41,784 bases of DNA from Candidatus Woesearchaeota archaeon (GCA_013331555.1 DUGB01000134.1:244-42027), one strand, 5' to 3'. Positions 8,008-16,577 are shown, counted from the first letter of the stretch. Notes: a model not told the origin generated them from the letters alone. Translations and numbers: made by a program.

Positions 8008-9809
8008 GATGTTTGACCTTGCTCATAGCGAGCTCTGATTTTATCAAAATCGTATCTTCCGGTAAAATGGTTGATGATTGTAGGTCGTTCACTGAATCCT
8101 CTTGCTCGAGGATCTTTGACTACAACGATTGGAGCACTTTGTCCAATTTTGTAAACACTCCGTCTGGATCTCTCAAAGACCGTCATGACAATACTTTCAA
8201 ATTGTTCTCGTCCATAAAGATCATATATGGTTCTTCCTTGATCATCACAAGGAAAATAGTCTGGTGTTAATGCTCTTGTGTCATATGCATGCATTAATTC
8301 TACTGGCCCTTTCATTCTCCGGGCAATTTCTGAACAGATACCTGATTCAATAAAATAATCTATTGGATCTTCTTTAGCATCAGGTAATTCTGCTGCTGGT
8401 TTTATGGTTCCATCATAAAGCAAATGGGGGATGACTTCTTTCTCTAAGCGCTGGTTTAAGCGCGTAGCAATTTTATATAATTCAAGTTTTGATAGACTTC
8501 CTAGTTGCTGGTCAACACCAATACTGCCAATATCATGAAAATTGGCCCAGCCTTGGACATTTTCAGTTTCATTACCTGTCGGGCAAATACCACGTCTTGT
8601 TTGACCGTTAGCTGCTGTCAATCCCAAAACACTTCTTCCGACTGCTTGCATCGTTGATCTTTGAAGTGGACTAGGATCATGTCCATACACTTCTCTAAAG
8701 TTTGCAACCATCGCTTCATAAGGACCTTGAATTGGCTCCCAGGTGACATTAACAGCCAACATTTCGGCAAGATGATTTACAAGACCTCTTGAATCAGTAT
8801 TACACTGTGAAGGATTACTGATAAACGCTATTCTTTCTGGTCCTAGAGCGAGATAGGTTAAAACAGCTTCTATGGAGCTATCTAAACCACCACTAAGGTG
8901 GATCTGAGCTTCTTTAATTCCTAAAACGTTGAATAATTCTGTCCGTTCAAAGATCAGTGCATCAATAACTTCATCTTCCCAACAGTTATAGAATTTTGGT
9001 TGAATGGGGTTTGTTGTTGGTTTGTCAACATCAAGTTCAATAATTTGGTAATCTCGAGCAAAACGTTTTAATTCGGCAACAGGAGTTCCTTCACAATCGA
9101 AAGCCAAACTTCCACCATCGTAGATGAGAATATTTTTGATGATATCTCCAACACCAGCAGCGTTGACTGACACAACAGGTATTCTTTTCTCTTTAGCGTG
9201 TCCACCAAATATGCTATATCTTCTTGGTTGTTTATCAGTATAAAAATAAGAATAATTAAGTCCGAAGGCAATTTCTGCTCCTTGAGCTACTCCTTCCGCA
9301 ATAAGATCTCGGTCATGATCTTGTGTCCACCAATCTTCACAAATGGCAACTTGGATTTTTCTTATTTGCCCATCAATTTTTACTTCGATGACTCCAGCTT
9401 CTTGTCCGGGGGTAAAATATTTCACATCTTCATGATGATCATCATTGGCAAGAAGAATTTTATCATAGATATGAATTATTCCTTTTCCGCCTTGAATTAT
9501 CGCAGCGGAATTAGTGATGTCAGGGCGGCCATTTTTTTTCGTTCCTTTAACATCTACGAAGCCAATAATGGCAACCATTCCTTCCGGAACTTCAGGAACA
9601 ATAATTTCTTCGAGAAATTGCTTATTATATCGTACAAAACTAGGAATCTCAAAAGAGCCGCCGCAGCAATAACCGGTAAGAGCTGTTTCGGGACTGACAA
9701 ATACGTGGGCTTTATCATCCTTTGCCCGGCGTAAATCTTCAATGAGCTGAGCGACGTTACCTTCTAAGTCACCACTTATGGGTTTTGTTTGGGAAATTGC
9801 TATTTTCAT
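8004..9809 (-). CDS. nadE: glutamine-dependent NAD+ synthetase (CN-hydrolase glutaminase domain + NAD synthetase domain)
   Basis: N-terminal nitrilase-like domain with VSPETALTGY (Glu) and VAICEDWW (Cys). C-terminal ATP-pyrophosphatase P-loop SGGLDSS. The 601-aa length fits the two-domain NadE. Confidence 0.85.
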   Translation of the reverse strand: MKIAISQTKPISGDLEGNVAQLIEDLRRAKDDKAHVFVSPETALTGYCCGGSFEIPSFVRYNKQFLEEIIVPEVPEGMVAIIGFVDVKGTKKNGRPDITNSAAIIQGGKGIIHIYDKILLANDDHHEDVKYFTPGQEAGVIEVKIDGQIRKIQVAICEDWWTQDHDRDLIAEGVAQGAEIAFGLNYSYFYTDKQPRRYSIFGGHAKEKRIPVVSVNAAGVGDIIKNILIYDGGSLAFDCEGTPVAELKRFARDYQIIELDVDKPTTNPIQPKFYNCWEDEVIDALIFERTELFNVLGIKEAQIHLSGGLDSSIEAVLTYLALGPERIAFISNPSQCNTDSRGLVNHLAEMLAVNVTWEPIQGPYEAMVANFREVYGHDPSPLQRSTMQAVGRSVLGLTAANGQTRRGICPTGNETENVQGWANFHDIGSIGVDQQLGSLSKLELYKIATRLNQRLEKEVIPHLLYDGTIKPAAELPDAKEDPIDYFIESGICSEIARRMKGPVELMHAYDTRALTPDYFPCDDQGRTIYDLYGREQFESIVMTVFERSRRSVYKIGQSAPIVVVKDPRARGFSERPTIINHFTGRYDFDKIRARYEQGQTS

Positions 9810-9838
9810 ATTTTATTGTCTTTTTTACACTTAATACT

Positions 9839-9866
9839 AAGTGTAGTTTACACACTAGTATTTAAA
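9839..9866 (-). promoter_or_regulatory. nadE-nadM promoter: TATA box (minus strand TTTAAATA) abutting an AGTGT-N7-ACACT palindrome (candidate NrtR operator)
   Basis: Plus strand AAGTGT AGTTTAC ACACTA G TATTTAAA (9839..9866), about 50 nt upstream of the nadE ATG (9809). The architecture is identical to 15345..15372. It overlaps a second perfect palindrome, TACACTTA-ATAC-TAAGTGTA, at 9826..9845. Confidence 0.6.
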
Positions 9867-9878
9867 GTTTATGGAAAA

Positions 9879-10877
9879 TTAAAGCTGTGAGCTCAAAAAA
9901 TGCTCAAATTCATGTGCAATCATAGCTAGGTATTCTTTTCCTTCCACTTTTTCGATCATAAACGGAGGTAATGTTTCTATTCCATATCTCCCCGCAGCAA
10001 TCCCTGTACAAATTGAGGCTAAGGAATCAACATCTCCACCCATATATATTGAGACACGCAACGCTTCCATCGTGCTTCGAGCGTGTTTTAGAATATATAA
10101 TGCGCAACCTCCGGTGAGCATTGCATCAGAAGGCAGGCCATTAATCCCAGGCATATTGACGATTGGCTGCGGTCCGCATAAAATTTTATAATCTTCTTTT
10201 TTGAGTTTCTCGGGGGCAGGTAACGTATCTATGACATCAAGTAATTTTTCTGTTTCACAGTCAATGTTTCTGATAAATTGTTTACAATAAGATATTATTT
10301 TCTGTGGATTTCCATCGTGAAGAAGCAGATACTGCGCTGCCCGAGCGACTATGATACTGGCAGCTCTTGCTTTTGGATGGGGATGTGTTGCATCAGCATT
10401 GATAATTGCATAGGTATCAATCAACTCTTCTTGGACATATCCTAAAGGAATTGCTCGCATTGGTGGTGCATTTCCCGGAGATTGATTTTCTTGCTGGGAG
10501 CTTCTTATTTCTTCAATAGTTTTTTCTCCCGTGTATACTTTTTTCATTGCACCATGACCTTGCCGGCCATATCCTTTTCTTTCCTTGTCGCTTTCATATT
10601 CTTGAATCCAAAACTGCACTAATAAATCAGGAGTAAATACTTTTTGAGAACGTAATGCTTTGATGATTCCGATGGTCATCTCCGTGTCATCGGTATAATT
10701 TCCTACTATGTAATTTTCAGCATATTTTCCTTTTCGCGCAGTGATATACTCTGTAAAATCAATATGTTCACGAATCCATTCTCTGCTTTGAAATTCAATA
10801 CCAGCTCCAAAAGCATCGCCAATAGCGATTCCGAATAAGACATTAACAAAATTCATTTTGACTATTGCCTCGAGCAT
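9879..10877 (-). CDS. ADP-ribosylglycohydrolase family protein (ARH/DraG-like)
   Basis: Family motifs GIAIGDAFGAGIEF, NYTDDTEMT and C-terminal MGGDVDSLASI (metal-binding acidic residues). The start lies 5 nt after the stop of the upstream NAD-kinase-like gene. Confidence 0.8.
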   Translation of the reverse strand: MLEAIVKMNFVNVLFGIAIGDAFGAGIEFQSREWIREHIDFTEYITARKGKYAENYIVGNYTDDTEMTIGIIKALRSQKVFTPDLLVQFWIQEYESDKERKGYGRQGHGAMKKVYTGEKTIEEIRSSQQENQSPGNAPPMRAIPLGYVQEELIDTYAIINADATHPHPKARAASIIVARAAQYLLLHDGNPQKIISYCKQFIRNIDCETEKLLDVIDTLPAPEKLKKEDYKILCGPQPIVNMPGINGLPSDAMLTGGCALYILKHARSTMEALRVSIYMGGDVDSLASICTGIAAGRYGIETLPPFMIEKVEGKEYLAMIAHEFEHFLSSQL

Positions 10878-10882
10878 GGTTT

Positions 10883-11796
10883 TTAATCATTTCGCACTCG
10901 GTAGACTTTTCGTTCCGCAGGTTTTATCACTACTTTTCTTCCTGCAGCGAATTCAACATAATCCTGTTCAATCCCATCACTGAAAATTACTCCTTCTTCA
11001 GGCATATTTGAGGTAATCATTAATGGCCTCGCAACTGAAACGGTGCCCGTAACAATTTCTGTTCCAGTTGCTTTTGAAGGAAAAGGCTCACGAACAGCAA
11101 ATTTGAGACAATCTGTATCGCGGGCAAATGATATTTCTCCTCTTTTTCCAGCAGCGAGAGCATATGCTCCGGTAATAATAGACGTGTACCAACCTGTTGA
11201 TCCTGATCCTGTGCTTACAATTATTCCACTAGAAGATTGCCGCTCACTTTTTCCTGCAAATTCAATTTCATATCGTGCTGAGATATGTGTTCTTCGTCCA
11301 ATAAAAAATCATTTAAAGCGTACAGCTCCTCTCCATTTTCCAACACTGCCTGCGCTAAAGTTAGTTTTTCACAAGTATACTTTCCTGCTACCGTTTCTTG
11401 TAACTTTCTGGCAAAGCCATCTGGATAACACGTAGTAAAAACATCATCAAATCGTTCTCGATCTGGATTCACCATTATTACTGGTTGCTCTCCAACATAT
11501 TTGGCCGTATTGACAAATAATCCCGGATCTCCTACAACAACAATTACATCTTTATCCCCTACTTGAAAAGTGGCAAGGTGTTCTTTATTCACTTCCTGAA
11601 ATCTCATTCCACTAGGGACAGCAGACTTGACTTGATTTATTCCTGCAGTATACGCTTGATGCGCTTGCTGGTAAAAGTCAAAATGTTGTCCTCGCGATTC
11701 CAAGAAAAACTTAACCTGAGAAGTTGTGCCGTGTCTGGCAATCAACCCCTCAAGCGCTGTTCTTTTTGTAACCAAAACAATTTTTTCTAAAGTCAT
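10883..11796 (-). CDS. NAD kinase-like protein (COG3199/AcoX-like), reading frame interrupted: needs a -1 shift at T_TTT_TTA (11302..11308)
   Basis: ORF 11221..11796 encodes the N-terminal half (VVVGDPGLF = GGDG-like; ALNDFLL) and then stops. The -1 frame continues ...IGRRTHISARYEIEFAGKSERQSSSGIIVSTGSGSTGWYTSI...VREPFPS...GVIFSDGIEQDYVEF... to a stop at 10883. This includes the hallmark STG-GSTGW motif of the NAD kinase fold. Joined length is about 304 aa. Confidence 0.7.
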
Positions 11797-11811
11797 TTTT
11801 CGTTATGCTCC

Positions 11812-12669
11812 CTAGCGCAATCCTGCCAAGATTTCCGGAGTGATAGTTAGAGTCTCAATCCGCGCGGCATTTCTACCGAGTTCATACAACGCATGGGCAC
11901 GTAATACTTCTGCTGACATGCCATCGTACACGGCAAGTTCTAAGCGTCTTGCATCAGCTCTGATCTTTGCTTCATCCATGTTGTTTCTTCCTTGGAGTTC
12001 AACCAATTGTGCTCGCTGTTCTTCAAGAGCAATACTGTTTGCAAGTTCATTCTCTTTGATTGTTCTTTCTTGTTCAACTGCTCGAGCTCTTCGTTTGTAC
12101 TCTGCATCTGCTGCTTTTTCTAACAATCCTTCTCGATATTCTGCTCCTAATGCTTTAGCAATTTGCGGCGGCGGAACAATTGCAGAGAAATACAGCATTG
12201 TCACTTCTAATCCCAACCCTTTAATCGCTGTCGAATTTTGCACCTCTGCAGACACTTCTGCGGATAATCGATCTGCCATTACCAATAATGGTTCTAACTT
12301 TGTGCTTTGTGTAATTCTCCGTGAAGTTCCTCGTATTCTCTGCACCACATGTTCTGGTAATTTTTGATTGTCATCTTTCAAGTACTGTCTTGTTACCGGA
12401 TTGATGGCGAAATTATAGGCGGCGAGAATTTTCTCTGGGTCAGTTATTTTATACAAGAAACCTCCTTGTAAAGAAACTTCTTGTTTATCTTCACTGGACT
12501 CCGTAAAAGAAAATGGCTGCTCAACAATTGCTGTCCCGGTCAATTCAATACTTGTTCGATGGGGTAAATAAAACCCAGCAATTCCTAATCCAGCGTCAAC
12601 ACTTTTTCCATTAACGACAAATCGGGCGTATTCGGTTGGTGCTGCTTTGAAATATCCTACTAGTTTCAT
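11812..12669 (-). CDS. SPFH/band-7 (prohibitin/flotillin-like) domain protein
   Basis: 285 aa. The N-terminal beta-rich region followed by a long Ala/Glu/Arg-rich helix (AADAEYKRRARAVEQERTIKENELANSIALEEQRAQLVELQ) is typical of SPFH proteins. Tightly packed in the NAD operon: 2 nt from pncA, 15 nt from the NADK-like gene. Confidence 0.6.
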   Translation of the reverse strand: MKLVGYFKAAPTEYARFVVNGKSVDAGLGIAGFYLPHRTSIELTGTAIVEQPFSFTESSEDKQEVSLQGGFLYKITDPEKILAAYNFAINPVTRQYLKDDNQKLPEHVVQRIRGTSRRITQSTKLEPLLVMADRLSAEVSAEVQNSTAIKGLGLEVTMLYFSAIVPPPQIAKALGAEYREGLLEKAADAEYKRRARAVEQERTIKENELANSIALEEQRAQLVELQGRNNMDEAKIRADARRLELAVYDGMSAEVLRAHALYELGRNAARIETLTITPEILAGLR

Positions 12670-12671
12670 CT

Positions 12672-13319
12672 TTATTCCCTCCGTATATATTTTTTAATGT
12701 CTGAAGTTCTGGTTAGAATTGCTCCTTCTGCTTCCCATCTCTTCAATACGTCTTCTTCCGGAAGATTTGGTAATCCTTTTATGGCATCAATTGGTACTAC
12801 AACATCGTATCCTCTTTCCAGAAGTCCTCGTACGGCAAAGTCAACACAAACGTTTGTTGCCACTCCATAAACTACATACTGACAATCACCCAATTCACTC
12901 ACAACACGATCAGTATGTCTATTTCCCGCAAATACATCAAAAGCATCTTTATACAGGACGATGTTACGTGCTTCGCGTAATCTGCTGCTATCGACATCTT
13001 TCGCTTTCCAATCAATACAATACGTATATAGCGCAGCTTGTGGTTTTGTTGCGGGAACAAATTCAACACCCGGTGTTCCCTGCAAGCAATGTGGTGGAAA
13101 AGTGTTCCTGAAATCCGGCGTATCTGATAATTCTGTGGAATCACAGGTATGATAATCGGCAGTATTCACAACAACAATTCCTTCTTGATCTGCAAGTTGG
13201 GTTAGAGATGTTAGATTAGGTTCAATTGCCTCTGCCCCGGCAACATATAATGCACCCTCTCTTCGCATAAAGTCGTGCTGTGTATCTACATTCCAAAATC
13301 TTGTCTTCATGGTATTCAT
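12672..13319 (-). CDS. pncA: nicotinamidase (isochorismatase-fold cysteine hydrolase)
   Basis: WNVDTQHDF (catalytic Asp region), FPPHCLQGTPG (metal-binding His, typical PncA WPxHCvqgt.G) and nucleophile Cys in GVATNVCVDFAV. Adjacent to pncB. Confidence 0.8.
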   Translation of the reverse strand: MNTMKTRFWNVDTQHDFMRREGALYVAGAEAIEPNLTSLTQLADQEGIVVVNTADYHTCDSTELSDTPDFRNTFPPHCLQGTPGVEFVPATKPQAALYTYCIDWKAKDVDSSRLREARNIVLYKDAFDVFAGNRHTDRVVSELGDCQYVVYGVATNVCVDFAVRGLLERGYDVVVPIDAIKGLPNLPEEDVLKRWEAEGAILTRTSDIKKYIRRE

Positions 13320-13351
13320 CCTCCTAAATTGTATTTTTTACACTAAATTTT

Positions 13352-14809
13352 TCATGAAAAAATGGTACGAGTGGCAAATCCATAATCCTCCCGAATCATA
13401 TCTTGTGCTTGCTGTACTCCTTCTGAAACAATAACTTTGTACTGCGTTGCATCTCTCAATTTTGCTAATTGCTCTTTTCTTCGTTCAGAAATTTCAGCGA
13501 TGGTCGGAAAATCATAGACTTGTTCTCCTTTGATGATGATAGGAACAAGTAATCCTTCTGCAGTGTCTCCTTCATTCAGGTATTTGCTGATATCCTCTCC
13601 TTCAAATGCAATGACGTCTCGTTTGTAAAATCCATCTGTGCCTGTTATTCTGTATACTTGTTTTATTCCAGGTAGAGTTGATTTTTCTCTGCTTTCGGAC
13701 AGTTTTCCCCTGAGAATTAATTCTTCTTTGTCATCGTAAAAGGCAGCAAGTTTGTACACTCCTTCCACTGGTTTTGGTGGGTTGACAACAAAAGTTCCTA
13801 ATAAATATTTGTCAATGTCTGCTTCTTCTCTTTCTAATCTCGCAATTTTTCCAGCCGTGAGGTCATCTGAGGCTATCAATGTATATCTTTCTCGTCCATA
13901 TCCTCTGTCTTTCATTTGCTGGTGAATCCAGTGTGCTTGCTGGAGAAGATTGCCACTATCAATACGGAATGCACAATGCTCCAAATTCTCTTCTTCGACA
14001 ATGCTCAATGCAGTCTCAAACGCTTTTTGTAGGTTATAGGTATCTAATAGGAAACACACTTTGTCTCTCAACGTGTTGGTTTGCGCCTTAAATGCTGAAT
14101 ATTCATCAGGATGCAGCATGACATACGAATGCCCATGTGTTCCTCCTACTTTTTCCTGATATTCCATGCCAAAAGCAACATTGGATGAAGCTGTGAAACC
14201 ACCAATTCTCGCGGCGCGCGAATTAAATAAAGCACTCTGTGGACTGCCGGCCCGTCTGCTTCCTCCTTCCAATATAATTTTGTTTGTAACTTCAGCAATA
14301 TCATTGGCAGTAGATGCAACATTAGTTTGGGGATTGATTGTGTTGAGAATCACACTTTCAAAAACCTGCGCTTCTTCAAAACGTTCATGAACTCTCAATT
14401 GATGTTCCTGTGCAAAGAAGATTGTGCCTTCCGGCATTCCATAGACATCTCCTGTAAAACGGAGTTGTTCTACCCAATCTAAAAATTCAGGATCAGTAAT
14501 GCCCTGAGCTTCTTGTAAATATGTTTTTAATTCTGTATTCCCTCTTGCTTCCAGAAAATATGCCGCTATTTGCTCTAGCCCAGCATTAATTAGAAAATCA
14601 CGCTTGACTCGTTCATCGTATTTTACGCCTTCTCGTTCGAATTCACCAACAACTTTATTTGCCGGCATTCTTCGTACAACGAGATCAAAAATCGCTTGTC
14701 TACCTGCAATTTTTTCTTGTTGATTAGCATGAGCCATGGAATATTCATAATAATCTCCTACAGCAACTGCTAAATCTGTAGTAAATTCAAGCGGGTTAGG
14801 ATTTCTCAT
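13352..14809 (-). CDS. pncB: nicotinate phosphoribosyltransferase (NAPRTase family, long form)
   Basis: 485 aa. Family-like motifs GDYYEYSMAHA (TDxYxxtM), EGGSRRAGSPQSA, GGFTASSNVAFG, GGTHGHSYVM, LLDTYN, FRIDSGN and STLPGIKQVYR. The pairing with PncA favours NaPRT over NamPRT. Confidence 0.7.
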   Translation of the reverse strand: MRNPNPLEFTTDLAVAVGDYYEYSMAHANQQEKIAGRQAIFDLVVRRMPANKVVGEFEREGVKYDERVKRDFLINAGLEQIAAYFLEARGNTELKTYLQEAQGITDPEFLDWVEQLRFTGDVYGMPEGTIFFAQEHQLRVHERFEEAQVFESVILNTINPQTNVASTANDIAEVTNKIILEGGSRRAGSPQSALFNSRAARIGGFTASSNVAFGMEYQEKVGGTHGHSYVMLHPDEYSAFKAQTNTLRDKVCFLLDTYNLQKAFETALSIVEEENLEHCAFRIDSGNLLQQAHWIHQQMKDRGYGRERYTLIASDDLTAGKIARLEREEADIDKYLLGTFVVNPPKPVEGVYKLAAFYDDKEELILRGKLSESREKSTLPGIKQVYRITGTDGFYKRDVIAFEGEDISKYLNEGDTAEGLLVPIIIKGEQVYDFPTIAEISERRKEQLAKLRDATQYKVIVSEGVQQAQDMIREDYGFATRTIFS

Positions 14810-15243
14810 TGGAGTCTTAACTCCATGAATGGTAAGCTGTCTAAGCTTTCTGCATCTTCAGCCTTTATTGGCAACTGTCTTGTTTTTGCTACATCAACAT
14901 CTATCCAAGAAGCATCTTTCATTTTTGAAGCAAAATAACTTCCAATGCGTGCTGAGAAGTATTGAACAAGGTGTCCAGTTCGTTCATCTATTTCTGTTGC
15001 TATTGGTTGATACCGTGCTGCTGGTAAAGATAATCCATGCTGTCCATACATTAAGAGGGCTACATCTTCCGCTGTTGGTTTGCACTCTCTGAGGGTGGGA
15101 AGAATTACTCTTCCTGCTTGTTGAGAAAGAAGCTCTCTTGTTTCCACATTTGTGATGAGGACTCGAGCTTCTTGCCAACTGTCTAACTTAGGAGTGTATT
15201 GTTCTACTTCTGTTCTTAGTACGGCGGCATACATGTTTTTCAC
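14806..15243 (-). CDS. hypothetical protein, first gene of the NAD operon
   Basis: 145-aa ORF. 4-nt overlap with pncB suggests translational coupling. No motif recognised. Confidence 0.4.
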   Translation of the reverse strand: MKNMYAAVLRTEVEQYTPKLDSWQEARVLITNVETRELLSQQAGRVILPTLRECKPTAEDVALLMYGQHGLSLPAARYQPIATEIDERTGHLVQYFSARIGSYFASKMKDASWIDVDVAKTRQLPIKAEDAESLDSLPFMELRLQ

Positions 15244-15344
15244 ATTTTAATATTGTTTTGATTACACTAACATTTTGATAAAAATAACCCGTGAGTGTAT
15301 TCTGGTTTGATAATTTATCAAATTGATTATTTTTCGCATGTTTA

Positions 15345-15372
15345 AAGTGTATTATTGACACTTATATTTAAA
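15345..15372 (-). promoter_or_regulatory. promoter of the pncB-pncA-...-ARH operon: TATA box abutting an AGTGT-N7-ACACT palindrome (candidate NrtR operator)
   Basis: Plus strand AAGTGT ATTATTG ACACTT A TATTTAAA, with the same spacing as at 9839..9866. Further same-spacing sites occur at 15252..15268 (ATTGT-N7-ACACT) and 15384..15400 (AGTAT-N7-ACACT). Confidence 0.55.
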
Positions 15373-15439
15373 TGTTGTGAAATAGTATTAAAATTACACT
15401 AAGTAAGTGTACTATACCACTGACTCAGAAAAAATGTAG

Positions 15440-16102
15440 TTATCCTTTTCTCAGAAATGAATACAACGCCGCAGGACGATGAGGTCCTTCTTGCTTTTTC
15501 TTCTTCAAATCTTTAAGAATTTGTAATTCTGCAATTTTTTTGCGAAAATTACGTTTGTCAAGTTTTTTACCAAGAATAATCTCATATGCTTTCTGTAATT
15601 CGGTGAGTGTAAATTCATCCGGCATAAGTTGGAAAGCAAAATCTGTTTCCCAAATTTTTCCACGAAGCCGGTTTACGGCATAGTCAATTATTTCTTTATG
15701 ATCAAAAGCAAGTTTTGGTAAATCATAGACGGAGTACCAAGTGAATAAATTTCCTTGCTGAAAATCTATTTTAGATGATTCAACTAAACCGTAATAGACA
15801 ATAGAGATTGTACGAATACGAGTATCACGTTCAAGATTGCTTCCAAAGGTGTATAATTGTTCGAGAAAAACTCCACTGGAATTGATACCCCCTTTCTGTT
15901 TTAAAGCAGTTCGAGCAGTGTCCTCGATAGTTTCCTCGTAGCGAACAAATCGTCCGGGAAGAGCAAATTTACCGAAATAAGGCTCATCCTGGCGTTGAAT
16001 AAGACCAACTTTAAGATCATCGTTTTTAATGGTGAAGAGAACAACATCAACGGCAATACCGGGACGTTTAAACTGGAAAATATCACTCTCCTCTTTGGCC
16101 AT
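15440..16102 (-). CDS. nrtR: NrtR-like transcriptional regulator (degenerate Nudix domain + C-terminal winged helix)
   Basis: The Nudix fold has a degenerate box (GRFVRYEETIEDTARTALKQKGG lacks the REuxEE glutamates). The C-terminal ~70 aa are basic and helical (FTLTELQKAYEIILGKKLDKRNFRKKI). Sits directly upstream of the NAD salvage operon, as NrtR genes do in bacteria. Confidence 0.65.
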   Translation of the reverse strand: MAKEESDIFQFKRPGIAVDVVLFTIKNDDLKVGLIQRQDEPYFGKFALPGRFVRYEETIEDTARTALKQKGGINSSGVFLEQLYTFGSNLERDTRIRTISIVYYGLVESSKIDFQQGNLFTWYSVYDLPKLAFDHKEIIDYAVNRLRGKIWETDFAFQLMPDEFTLTELQKAYEIILGKKLDKRNFRKKIAELQILKDLKKKKQEGPHRPAALYSFLRKG

Positions 16103-16145
16103 ACTGTAGTTACTACAATAACAATCTTTATAAAAGTTGTGACCA

Positions 16146-16568
16146 ATGATCTTTAGTGTGGTAACGTGTATTTTTTGTAAGATTGGTACCGGTGAAATAC
16201 CTGCTCATAAAGTCTATGAAGATGACTCTGCTTTGGCCTTTTTAGATATTAAACCCCATGCAGGTGGTCATACTGTCGTTATTCCTAAAAAACACGGCGA
16301 AACGGTTTTTGATCTCTCTCAGGATGACGTACAAAAGTTAATGTTGAGTGTTACAAAAACAATGCAGCGTATTCAATATGTTCTGAATCCAGATGGATTC
16401 AACGTCGGCTGGAACCACAATACTGCGGGTGGACAAGTTGTTCCGCATCTGCATATCCATATCTTTCCACGCTATTTGAATGATAATGGTGGAAGTATGC
16501 ATTCAATCATTACTAATCCTGGAAATGAAAGTGTGGAGAATATTGCAAAACGATTTCAAAAGAAGTGA
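16146..16568 (+). CDS. HIT-family nucleotide hydrolase/transferase (HinT-like)
   Basis: CIFCKI...GEIP, AFLDIKPHAGGHTVVIPKKH and histidine triad VPHLHIHIFPR. Confidence 0.8.
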   Translation: MIFSVVTCIFCKIGTGEIPAHKVYEDDSALAFLDIKPHAGGHTVVIPKKHGETVFDLSQDDVQKLMLSVTKTMQRIQYVLNPDGFNVGWNHNTAGGQVVPHLHIHIFPRYLNDNGGSMHSIITNPGNESVENIAKRFQKK

Positions 16569-16577
16569 GGCGTAACG

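Noticed and set aside
9198-9734. 178-aa plus-strand ORF (also 11840..12367, 12719..13111, 14166..14390, 25880..26245 and similar)
   Set aside because: These are antisense shadow ORFs inside well-supported minus-strand genes (nadE, SPFH, pncA, pncB, Lon-like). They have no motifs and odd composition.
11043-11435. 130-aa plus-strand ORF in the apparent gap between the ARH gene and the NAD-kinase-like ORF
   Set aside because: It is antisense to the minus-strand -1 frame, which encodes the canonical SSGIIVSTGSGSTGW NAD-kinase motif. The plus-strand product has no recognisable features, so it is a shadow ORF.
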